From the IMG/VR virus record IMGVR_UViG_3300049846_002076, positions 1-64,000 of that record: a stretch of DNA of 64,000 bases; one strand, written 5' to 3'. The notes below the pieces were generated by a model that did no database searches, had not been told where the DNA came from, and saw only the letters and a list, made by a program, of their open reading frames with translations. Source of the DNA: a virus. Shown piece after piece: positions 27,832 through 35,707 of the stretch. The stretch's first letter is position 1. Every line of letters starts with the position of its first letter. A program made the position numbers and the translations under genes.

Positions 27832-27875
27832 AGTCACAGGTGATTGATTCTGCCAGGATTTTTCGCCCCTGGCAA
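27832..27875 (-). promoter_or_regulatory. Promoter TTGCCA-17-CAGAAT with operator AGTCA-CAGG-TGATT near +1
   Basis: -35 at 27875-27870, -10 at 27852-27847, palindrome at 27832-27845. Confidence 0.75.
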
Positions 27876-28346
27876 GGAGGCGTAGGGCTCTCCGTCATAG
27901 ACGGTCAACAGCGGGGAGTCGAGAAGCATCTGCGGCGTCACGCGATTCACGCGGGTGCGCCGGTTGATCAAGGGAACTCCCGCCTGCAGGGCAGCCTTCG
28001 CCACCAGCTCGGAGCAGAACCACTTGTCGTCTTCCTCCCAGTCACGGTGGACGGCGATTCCGAGACAGCCAAGCCAGTCGTATTTCTTGCCGATCTGGCT
28101 CTCGGCATAGGCCCAGACGCGCTTGGGATCGGCATCGAATTCGCAGATCATCCAGCGCGTCGAGTGGTCGATGCGATCCTCGATCGCACGGTGGCTGACC
28201 CCGTGCCAGGGGGTTGCCCCCAAGATCAGCCCGGACTCGCGGTCGGGGCTGATGATGTCGACATGGGAATAGTCGCTCCACGTGCCTACCCGGATCAGAA
28301 CCGACCCGGGCAGGTTGTTCGTGCTGAAGAGGATCTGCGTCTTCAT
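27834..28346 (-). CDS. YiiX/YebB-like permuted NlpC/P60 cysteine hydrolase (start re-called at MKTQIL)
   Basis: YSHV...GKKYDW...WFCSELV, VTPQ; His precedes Cys. Confidence 0.8.
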   Translation of the reverse strand: MKTQILFSTNNLPGSVLIRVGTWSDYSHVDIISPDRESGLILGATPWHGVSHRAIEDRIDHSTRWMICEFDADPKRVWAYAESQIGKKYDWLGCLGIAVHRDWEEDDKWFCSELVAKAALQAGVPLINRRTRVNRVTPQMLLDSPLLTVYDGEPYASLPGAKNPGRINHL

Positions 28347-28348
28347 GC

Positions 28349-28678
28349 TCAGTCGTCGGTGCCGCCGTAGGGCAGCTCGGCCGGCGCGGGGGCAGGCACG
28401 GGCTCGAAGACCTTCGGAGCGGAGTCGCCGATCGGGGTCGCATCCTTGTTGACGACCTGGCTCTCTTCCTTCTCCTTCTTCATCTTCTCGATGGTCGCGG
28501 TGAGGTCGTTGATGTGCCGGGACATGCCCTCGATCTGCAGCTTGAGGCCGGCGGCGTCGCCGGCGAGATGGGCGCAGCGGGTGTTTGCCAGGTCGCGCTG
28601 CGTCTCGAGCTCCTTGATGACGGCGTTGTTCAGGGCCGAGGCAACGTGCGGCGGGACTTGCTGGACTTCTTGGTTCAT
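28349..28678 (-). CDS. Coiled-coil hypothetical protein
   Basis: AAGGAG RBS; heptad-like composition. Confidence 0.7.
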   Translation of the reverse strand: MNQEVQQVPPHVASALNNAVIKELETQRDLANTRCAHLAGDAAGLKLQIEGMSRHINDLTATIEKMKKEKEESQVVNKDATPIGDSAPKVFEPVPAPAPAELPYGGTDD

Positions 28679-28687
28679 GCGGTCTCC

Positions 28688-29368
28688 TTACGGAAGGTTG
28701 GTGAATTCGCGCTTCGCAAGCCAGTTCGTGCCGTTGTCGAAGCTGATGAGCAGCACGCCATCGGCACGGTTGGCGGTGGTTGTCCACGCAGGGGTGGCAT
28801 TGTTGTTCTCGAACTTGACGCTCGCCGGGAATGTCGGGGTTCTGCCCCCGGTGGCGTCCTGCCTGAGAATGACTCGCATCACGATCATCTGCGGCGTCTG
28901 GGTCGGCACGTTCGAGATCACGAACGTCGTGTTTGCCTGCAGCGTGACGTGGAAATTCCCGCTCTGGCTCATGTCGAGCCCGGTGGTCGCTCCGGTCGCC
29001 GTGACTGACTGGAAGTGACGCTCGCGGTTCAGGATCGTCTGGATGACCTGCATTGCCTGGCTGAAGATCGTGGCGGTGTTGACGTCTCCCGCGGCGATCA
29101 GGGGGATTTCGTCGGGGGTCGTGAAGTCGACCACGAAGACGCCATTGGCTGCCAGGTTCGTCGCGCCCTGGTAGGCGCCCGTGAGCACCACGGTCGTCTC
29201 GGCGTTGAGCGAGGAGTAGGTCGGATCGGATGCCAGGAAATAGGGGGTCAGCTCGCCATGCACCATGAAAATCTGGCCGGCAAAGACCTGCCCGACGAGG
29301 TTCTCGTTCGGAACGATCACGGTCGTCGAGTTGTTCGTGACCTCGACTGGGAGTTTGAGCTGTGCCAT
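28688..29368 (-). CDS. Short fibre-like protein sharing its N-terminal domain with the giant fibre
   Basis: MAQL..P...N....V.VPNE.L...PY..A..PT...LT..Y.G...D.T.PD.IPLI..GDV.TA.I.S.A shared with 35707..42777. Confidence 0.8.
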   Translation of the reverse strand: MAQLKLPVEVTNNSTTVIVPNENLVGQVFAGQIFMVHGELTPYFLASDPTYSSLNAETTVVLTGAYQGATNLAANGVFVVDFTTPDEIPLIAAGDVNTATIFSQAMQVIQTILNRERHFQSVTATGATTGLDMSQSGNFHVTLQANTTFVISNVPTQTPQMIVMRVILRQDATGGRTPTFPASVKFENNNATPAWTTTANRADGVLLISFDNGTNWLAKREFTNLP

Positions 29369-29374
29369 ATCGGT

Positions 29375-29398
29375 ATTATAGCATAGTCACCAATGACT
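29375..29398 (-). promoter_or_regulatory. Extended -10 TGcTATAAT with perfect operator AGTCA-CCAA-TGACT
   Basis: Palindrome at 29385-29398; -10 at 29380-29375. Confidence 0.82.
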
Positions 29399-29408
29399 AA
29401 GCAGGAAC

Positions 29409-31988
29409 TTACTGTCCGTTCTCCTGGTTGAGTTCGACCGACCCATCGGCTGTGCAGGTCGCATTCCCGTTTCCGGTATCGGTCACGGTCAGTCTGATCG
29501 TTCCTGTGTAGGTGACGACCGCGTTCTGGGCGGTCGTGAACCTCACTGTGACAGCCGAGGTTGTCCCGTTGAGGATGTCGATGCCAGATCCGCCCGAGAG
29601 CCACGCCCAGGAATAGGTGAACGGCCCCACGCCACCACTGACCGTCGCGGTCGAAGAAGCCTGGGGCTTCGTCGGATACATCGCGAAGCCCTGAAGGAAC
29701 GTAGGCGAGATACTCACCGTTGCGGCCGGCGCCTGCGGCATCACGTTACCCGATGCCGACGAATAGGCACTGTTACCCGAGCTGTTGTAGTAACCGTTGT
29801 AGGCCGCCACGATGAAGTTGTAGTTGTTGCCATTCGTCAGTCCGGTGACAACCGTCGAAAGGCCGCTGACCGTCTTGTTGTAGTTCCATGCCCCGCCATT
29901 GACGGACATGTAGACGTCGTAACTGACGATACCACTCGGGCTGCCGCCATCGTTGCCAGAAGCCGGCCAGGACAGACTGACCTGTGCATTGCCCGCGGTC
30001 GCCGAGCAGCTTGCCGGCGGCGACGGGTAGTTGATCACGCGCACCGTGTTGCTGTTTGCGGACGCCGAGCTCGAACCATAGGCATTACGGGCGGTGACCC
30101 AGAAGTAGTAGCCGATGCCCTGCCCTGCCGAGAACCAGGCAGGCGAACCCGAAACCACCTGACTACCTCCGCCAGACGAGTAGACCGTGTAGTCGAGCAC
30201 CGGGCCGCCGCCTTGATCGGCGGGCGCTCCGAAGTAAACGTAGATGCCACCCGAAGCCCCGGGCTGACCACCACCGCTCGCGCTCGCGGAAACGCTCGTA
30301 GGGGCGCTCGGAGGCGTCGGGGAGGTCGTTGTGACGTTGTTCGAGACCGCACCCGCCCCGGTGCCCACCGCATTCGTGGCAGTCACCGTGAAGTTGTAGG
30401 TCGTGCCGCCCGACAGCCCGCTCATGTAGATCGGTGAGCCCGCAGAGCTCGCCTGAATCCCTCCAGGAGACGAGGTCGCGGTGTAGCTCGTGATCGGGCT
30501 GCCACCGTTCGATGCGGGTGCGGAAAAGGTCACGGTCGCTGTCGTAATGCCGGTTGCGGTTGCGCTGACGCTTTGCGGGGCACCCGGGACGTTGAAAGTC
30601 GTCACCGCTGCGCTCGCCGCTGAAGCTGCACTGGTTCCAACCCCGTTGGTTGCGGTCACGGTAAAGGTGTAGCTGGTGTTGTTCGCCAGGCCCGAGACGG
30701 TGATCGGAGATGCAGAACCCGTCCCAACGAATCCGCCAGGGCTCGAGGTCACCGTGTAGCCGGTAATCGCGCTGCCGTTGTTCGCGCCCGGGGTGAATGC
30801 CACCGAGCAGCTTCGCACGCCCGGAGTTGCTGTAACCGCCGTAGGAGCTGCGGGGACGTTGTGCGTCGTGATCTGGTTCGACGCGACCGATGCTGTCCCC
30901 GTTCCCACCGCGTTCGTCGCGGTCACGGTGAAGGTGTAGTTTGTGCCATTGGCGAGCCCGGTCACATTGATCGGCGATGCCGAGCCCGTTCCCGTGAAGC
31001 CACCGGGAGACGAAGTGACGGTATAGCCCGTGATCGCAGATCCACCGTTCGATGCAGGAGCGGTAAAGGCAACCGAGGCACTTGCGATCCCCGCGGTCGC
31101 GGTAGCCGCGGTGGGTGCGCCAGGCACATCGAGCGTGGAGGTCGAGTTCGAAGCTGCGGATTCTGCACCCGTCCCGACGCCGTTCGTCGCCTTCACCTTG
31201 AAGGTGTAGGCGGTTCCGTTCGCGAGACCCGTCACCGTGATCGGGGATGTCGTTCCTGTGCCGGTGATATTGCCCGGAGTCGATGTCGCCGTGTAGCCGG
31301 TGATCGCGTTGCCGCCATCGCTGCCGGGCGGGGTGAAAGCGACCGTGGCTTGGCGAATTGCCGCGGTGGCGACACCGATTGTGGGTGCCCCGGGAACCGT
31401 TGCAGGGGTGACGCTGTTCGACGCAGCGCTCTCAGGCCCAGTGCCAACCGAGTTTGTCGCCTTCACCTTGAAGGTGTATGCAACGCCGTTCGTGAGACCC
31501 GAGACGACAATGGGAGAAGAAGCGCCCGTTCCGGTCAGGCCGCCAGGCGTTGCCGTGACCGTGTAGCCGGTGATGAGATCGCCGTTGTTGCCCGGGGGCG
31601 TGAAAGTCACCGTGGCTTGGGCGTTACCGCCAACTGCCGTAGGTGCAGCGGGCACGAACGGGACACCGGCGGGCGTTACCGAGTTCGAGGCGGGAGAGGA
31701 TGCCCCGAAGCCGGCAGAGTTGCCGGCGCGAACGCTGAAGGTGTATGCGACTCCGTTTGTCAGCCCCGTCACGACGACCGGGCTTGTCGCGTTCTGGGCG
31801 GCGATCCCTTCAGGCGAAGATGTGACGATGTAGCTGGTGACCTGGGCGCCGCCGTCAAATGCCGGCGGAGTGAAGGTCACGGTCGCAGACTGATCGCCCC
31901 GGGTCGCGGTTCCGATCGTGGGCGCATCAGGCGGGACGGCAATGAAGGGGCTCGAGTTTCCTTTCCCGAACCGCAATGCCTTATGCAC
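29409..31988 (-). CDS. Fibronectin type III repeat protein (about 8 FN3 + C-terminal Ig-like domain)
   Basis: Repeats PGAPT...ATVxFTPP..GG..ITGYTVT...SPIxVTGLxNG..YTFxVxATN..G. Confidence 0.9.
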   Translation of the reverse strand: MHKALRFGKGNSSPFIAVPPDAPTIGTATRGDQSATVTFTPPAFDGGAQVTSYIVTSSPEGIAAQNATSPVVVTGLTNGVAYTFSVRAGNSAGFGASSPASNSVTPAGVPFVPAAPTAVGGNAQATVTFTPPGNNGDLITGYTVTATPGGLTGTGASSPIVVSGLTNGVAYTFKVKATNSVGTGPESAASNSVTPATVPGAPTIGVATAAIRQATVAFTPPGSDGGNAITGYTATSTPGNITGTGTTSPITVTGLANGTAYTFKVKATNGVGTGAESAASNSTSTLDVPGAPTAATATAGIASASVAFTAPASNGGSAITGYTVTSSPGGFTGTGSASPINVTGLANGTNYTFTVTATNAVGTGTASVASNQITTHNVPAAPTAVTATPGVRSCSVAFTPGANNGSAITGYTVTSSPGGFVGTGSASPITVSGLANNTSYTFTVTATNGVGTSAASAASAAVTTFNVPGAPQSVSATATGITTATVTFSAPASNGGSPITSYTATSSPGGIQASSAGSPIYMSGLSGGTTYNFTVTATNAVGTGAGAVSNNVTTTSPTPPSAPTSVSASASGGGQPGASGGIYVYFGAPADQGGGPVLDYTVYSSGGGSQVVSGSPAWFSAGQGIGYYFWVTARNAYGSSSASANSNTVRVINYPSPPASCSATAGNAQVSLSWPASGNDGGSPSGIVSYDVYMSVNGGAWNYNKTVSGLSTVVTGLTNGNNYNFIVAAYNGYYNSSGNSAYSSASGNVMPQAPAATVSISPTFLQGFAMYPTKPQASSTATVSGGVGPFTYSWAWLSGGSGIDILNGTTSAVTVRFTTAQNAVVTYTGTIRLTVTDTGNGNATCTADGSVELNQENGQ

Positions 31989-32397
31989 TGCCGCGCTCCT
32001 CGCAGAATTCCCACTCGTTCTTTCCCGCTACCTGGATCTTGTGCATGATGTAGTCGGTATCGGACAAGCGGGTGATGTAGTGAAACCGATTGTCGAGCAG
32101 CCAATCGCCGTCTTCGACCGTTGCGACCAGGATCGCATGGTATTCCCGGGACTTTTCGTTCTTCGGCTCGAGCGGCTCGGTAAAGCAGGTCGCCAGACGC
32201 AGGTTCTCGACCGGAAATCCCTGTTCCATCAGCATTCTCGCCTTCGCGAGCGCGTAGTCTTCGCAGTCGCCCGCGACAGCAGTCCACGACCAGAACTCGG
32301 GCATCTTGTAGAGCTCGATGTCCGTCTTGTATTCGACCCGGGAATTGACCCTCCCGTTGACCATGCGAATCATGTCCTTGAGAGGTGTGGCGCTCAC
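31981..32397 (-). CDS. Transglutaminase-like cysteine peptidase (BTLCP/C93, LapG-like), catalytic part
   Basis: VN..VN...Y.TD, GDCEDYALAK, HAILV, WLLDN triad; GTG start with GGAGG RBS. Confidence 0.85.
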   Translation of the reverse strand: MSATPLKDMIRMVNGRVNSRVEYKTDIELYKMPEFWSWTAVAGDCEDYALAKARMLMEQGFPVENLRLATCFTEPLEPKNEKSREYHAILVATVEDGDWLLDNRFHYITRLSDTDYIMHKIQVAGKNEWEFCEERGSA

Positions 32398-32564
32398 TGG
32401 AACCTCCCGAAGCAAAGAGGCGCACTCGGATCGCGCTGACACATCTCTTCGTAACCGATCGGGGGCGGTGCTGACTTGCCGGTTCCCTTGATGACCTCGT
32501 AGGTCGCGGACGCACAACCCGCGAGACCCAGAACGACAAGCATCACCAGGTCACGGAATTTCAC
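32394..32564 (-). CDS. 56-aa lipoprotein resembling the N-terminal part of BTLCP proteins (absent from ORF track)
   Basis: MKFRDLVMLVVLGLAGCASATYEVIKGTGKSAPPPIGYEEMCQRDPSAPLCFGRFQ; LAGC lipobox; GTGA overlaps at both ends. Confidence 0.72.
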   Translation of the reverse strand: MKFRDLVMLVVLGLAGCASATYEVIKGTGKSAPPPIGYEEMCQRDPSAPLCFGRFQ

Positions 32565-32962
32565 GCGAGCACCTCCGCAGCACGCCCCGTGCCGATCAGC
32601 CCGGCGCTCTCGAGTGCGTTCACCATCGCGATCGTGTCGGCACGGTTGAGGTCGACGTAGGTGGCGATCTCGAGCATGTGCATCATGTCTTCGACGTCCT
32701 GGTTGTTCTTCGAAGCGTTGCGAATCGTCTTGCGCTCGGCGAGCGTGAAGCGCTGCATGAACTCGAGGCGCGTGAGATGGGGCTTCGCTTTCTGGGGAAA
32801 CCCATGGGTCAGAGTTTCGCCATCCCAGGTATGGCCGATTCCCGCGGTGTCCGATGCCAGATAGAGGTCGGCTTCTCCCTCGTTCACGAGAGTCTGGGCG
32901 AAACCTTCATCCGACTCGATGACGTTGACGACCACCCCACCCTTAATCAGTGCAATTCTCAT
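32561..32962 (-). CDS. Fibre assembly/chaperone-like protein
   Basis: ALIKGGVVVNVI...AGIG.TWDG; LTRLEFMQRFT..ER; YVDL pattern; follows the Gly-rich fibre gene. Confidence 0.65.
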   Translation of the reverse strand: MRIALIKGGVVVNVIESDEGFAQTLVNEGEADLYLASDTAGIGHTWDGETLTHGFPQKAKPHLTRLEFMQRFTLAERKTIRNASKNNQDVEDMMHMLEIATYVDLNRADTIAMVNALESAGLIGTGRAAEVLA

Positions 32963-33624
32963 TAGAACCACTCCACAAGAACGAATCCAGGGCCACCGTT
33001 ACCACCGTTACCGTCGGTGGCATTGCCACCGTGTCCACCTACGCCGAAATCGGTTGCATGGGTCAATGTTCCCGATGCTGTCATTCCGTTCCCGAAGAAT
33101 GAATGTCCGCCCTGACCCGCGGCGACCGGGCCCATATTGAATTGGGCATACACGAAGGAGTGCCCCGCCGCGTTCGTGGAACCCGCAACACCAGGAAAGA
33201 CGTGCGGATAGACCCAGACAGGCCTTACGGTTGACGTGCCGCCTGTGCTCCACACTCCGCCACCGTCAGTCGCGCCGGCAGAAGACGGGCCGCCCGTCCC
33301 CCCTCCGGCGATGATCATGTTGGGGGCTGTCCCAAACGAGGAATTCCCTCCATTTCCGCCGGCCACTCGGGATGTGGCACCAAGACCGCCAGCGCCGACT
33401 GTCACGAGACTTCTTGAAGCTCCATTGCGGTAGAAGGGGATGCGAACGAGCAGCTCCCCTGCTGCGCCACCCCCTCCATTGCTCGCAGAACGTCCCCCGC
33501 CACCCCCTCCCGATTGGATGGTCAGGAAGACCATCTCGACGCCCGGCGGCCAATAGAAGTAACCGCTCTGTGTGAAGAGCTGGAACTTGTTGGCGATCGC
33601 CTGCGACATCTTGGAGGGGAACAT
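32962..33624 (-). CDS. Glycine-rich tail/fibre protein (start re-called at MFPSKM)
   Basis: FTQSG.F..P.GV...GGGGGG...VTVGAGG..GG.SSFG...GGxGxVLVEW. Confidence 0.78.
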   Translation of the reverse strand: MFPSKMSQAIANKFQLFTQSGYFYWPPGVEMVFLTIQSGGGGGGRSASNGGGGAAGELLVRIPFYRNGASRSLVTVGAGGLGATSRVAGGNGGNSSFGTAPNMIIAGGGTGGPSSAGATDGGGVWSTGGTSTVRPVWVYPHVFPGVAGSTNAAGHSFVYAQFNMGPVAAGQGGHSFFGNGMTASGTLTHATDFGVGGHGGNATDGNGGNGGPGFVLVEWF

Positions 33625-34034
33625 TAGTAGTCTCCCGCCCAGGCAAAGACGTTGAAGTCCTGGTCGACCGTCACGCTGCAGTAGAGCTTGTGGCCCGGCG
33701 GCAAGATCAGGGTTGTGTAGTCCTTGCTGGTTCTCCAGCCAAGCGCAGTGTTGCCGGGAGTCACCGCATCGACCTTGAACTCGTCGAACAAGTAGGACTT
33801 CGTGCCGTCGTAGACCCAGATCCAGACCAGGCCCGCGACGGTCGTCTCCTTCGCGATGATCTCGATACGGTCGACTTGACGGCCATCGTCGTAGGTCGTG
33901 TCGGCGAAGACGATCTCGGTCAATCCGGTCGTGCCGGTGATGGTCGCCCGCGAAGTGAGGGCGGTAGGGGAAACCAGACTCGCGAAGCCGACGACAGGCT
34001 GGCGAGGAAAGATCGGGTCGATGTTGGCAGCCAT
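33624..34034 (-). CDS. Fibre-module protein
   Basis: MAANIDPIF...GDY; GGAGG RBS; coupled. Confidence 0.7.
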   Translation of the reverse strand: MAANIDPIFPRQPVVGFASLVSPTALTSRATITGTTGLTEIVFADTTYDDGRQVDRIEIIAKETTVAGLVWIWVYDGTKSYLFDEFKVDAVTPGNTALGWRTSKDYTTLILPPGHKLYCSVTVDQDFNVFAWAGDY

Positions 34035-34205
34035 TTACAGACCTCCGAATGTCCTGTGCATGTAGAGACGCGCAGCCGCCGAACGCGCTGCTTGTTGAAC
34101 GGGCGTTTTCACCTTCCAGACCGTGCCATCGAACACCCATGTGGTATTGCCCACCGTGAAGGTGTCATTCACAGCCGGCGATGAAGGAAAATTGAGAGCG
34201 GCCAT
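34035..34205 (-). CDS. 56-aa putative fibre adaptor (absent from ORF track)
   Basis: MAALNFPSSPAVNDTFTVGNTTWVFDGTVWKVKTPVQQAARSAAARLYMHRTFGGL; N-terminus matches that of 34592..35707. Confidence 0.75.
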   Translation of the reverse strand: MAALNFPSSPAVNDTFTVGNTTWVFDGTVWKVKTPVQQAARSAAARLYMHRTFGGL

Positions 34206-34215
34206 AATCGGACTC

Positions 34216-34238
34216 GGTCAGTAGTGACTGTTATTCTA
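34216..34238 (-). promoter_or_regulatory. TAGAAT -10 with downstream operator GGTCA-GTAG-TGACT
   Basis: Palindrome at 34216-34229 (9/10); -10 at 34238-34233. Confidence 0.72.
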
Positions 34239-34240
34239 CG

Positions 34241-34576
34241 CTAAATGCGCCGCGCAAGCACGCAGATGACCTTTGCCATGGTCTTGAGCAGCGCTTTCGC
34301 ATCAGCCAGGTTGTTCACGTTGTTCTCGACGTAGGTCGCAGCCTGCGCGGGCGTCATCCCCCGAAGGGTCTGCACCGCTGTGTCTGCACTCGCGGCGGCG
34401 GCATCGACCGTGTCGGGATGCGGGGACGGTTCGGGATCAGCCTGGGCGACAGTGTTGCCGAGCAGAATCCAGTCCAGAACCGCTTGATAGTCGCGGTTGC
34501 CCGGGTCGACGGGGATGTTCGCGCCATCCGAAAGTCTGATGATGATGCCTGGGGTGCGAGAAAACTTGTAGCTCAT
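34241..34576 (-). CDS. Fibre-associated chaperone-like protein
   Basis: IIRLSDGANIPVDPGNRDYQ...W...GN motif common downstream of fibre genes. Confidence 0.72.
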   Translation of the reverse strand: MSYKFSRTPGIIIRLSDGANIPVDPGNRDYQAVLDWILLGNTVAQADPEPSPHPDTVDAAAASADTAVQTLRGMTPAQAATYVENNVNNLADAKALLKTMAKVICVLARRI

Positions 34577-34591
34577 GATTTCGTCCTTTGG

Positions 34592-35707
34592 TTAGATTTC
34601 GGCGTCGAGTTTCGCGCCCCGCCCATAGGCGTAGTAAGTGCCTGCCGAACCTGCGCCCCATTGAATGCCCGTCTCGGACTTGGTTCCCGAAACGATACCG
34701 TTGTCAGTTCCAGGCAAGCTCGAGTTGCCGGCGTCGCCCGCAGTGTAAGTAGGCAAGGCGCGCATTTCAGCACGATGCTGAAAGCTCACGCCAACATATC
34801 CATCGGACGTGTAGCACCGGAACGAAGCGTGTGCGTGGTAGTAGTAGCGCGAACACAGGTCGAACTCTTCATGCGCCGTTCTGTGCTCGAAGTCGGTCGC
34901 GGCATCGCCCAACTCAAGCTGCACCAACTGGATCTTGAAGTCGTTCGACACCGAATCCATCGCGTTGACTTGGTTCGAGGTCGCGAGCAGCACCGAGCCG
35001 CTCCAGGTATTCGCTGCGCCTTGATATGTGGTTCCGCACGCGAGCGTCCAGAAAATCGACAGACCATTTCCAGTGTCGTAGAGCCAGGTGCCGGTTGTAT
35101 CCACCGGGAAGGTCAGGACTTTTTTCTCCCACACGTTGCTCGCGTAGACCGTGTATTCCTTGATGTAGAAGCGGTTCGAGGCGCTGTTGCCGAGCGTGAC
35201 GCAGAAGATTCCGGTCTTGGTGGACTTCACCCAGAACTGCAACGTGATGTAGCGCGTGCCAGACTGTCCAAATCCCGCCCGGGCGATGTTCAGCCCTTCA
35301 ACCTTCGTGCCGACGTAATACCAGTCGGTCGCGGCAATCGAAGTGTCCGCTGTCGTCACATCGACGTGGAAACAGTGCGTGCTGTAGAAGCCGGCATCGG
35401 CGATCGACGGGGCGTCAGCCGTCTTGAGAATGCTCACCGCTCCGGCACTCTGCGAGTTGTTCACGAAAGCGAAGCGGTCGGCGGTGTAACCCCCAAGGGC
35501 AGCAGCCGCGATCGTGATAGAGGTTCCCCGTTGCCAGGGATTCGTCGAAAAGTCCCCACCGATGATCAGGTTCTTGCCCTTGATGATCGGGGCGACCGTT
35601 GTCGGGGCTACGTTCTCCCAGGTCGTGCCATTGAAGCGCCAAGTGCGGCCAGCCGAAGTGTGCGTCTGTCCGGCGGCGGGGGAGGAAGGAAAGTTGATCG
35701 CGGCCAT
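34592..35707 (-). CDS. Tail fibre/receptor-binding protein with carbohydrate-binding-like domain
   Basis: NLIIGGDF..NPWQRG...YTADR...VQLE.G..AT.F...C.RYY...DAE; paralogous to the C-terminus of the giant fibre. Confidence 0.82.
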   Translation of the reverse strand: MAAINFPSSPAAGQTHTSAGRTWRFNGTTWENVAPTTVAPIIKGKNLIIGGDFSTNPWQRGTSITIAAAALGGYTADRFAFVNNSQSAGAVSILKTADAPSIADAGFYSTHCFHVDVTTADTSIAATDWYYVGTKVEGLNIARAGFGQSGTRYITLQFWVKSTKTGIFCVTLGNSASNRFYIKEYTVYASNVWEKKVLTFPVDTTGTWLYDTGNGLSIFWTLACGTTYQGAANTWSGSVLLATSNQVNAMDSVSNDFKIQLVQLELGDAATDFEHRTAHEEFDLCSRYYYHAHASFRCYTSDGYVGVSFQHRAEMRALPTYTAGDAGNSSLPGTDNGIVSGTKSETGIQWGAGSAGTYYAYGRGAKLDAEI

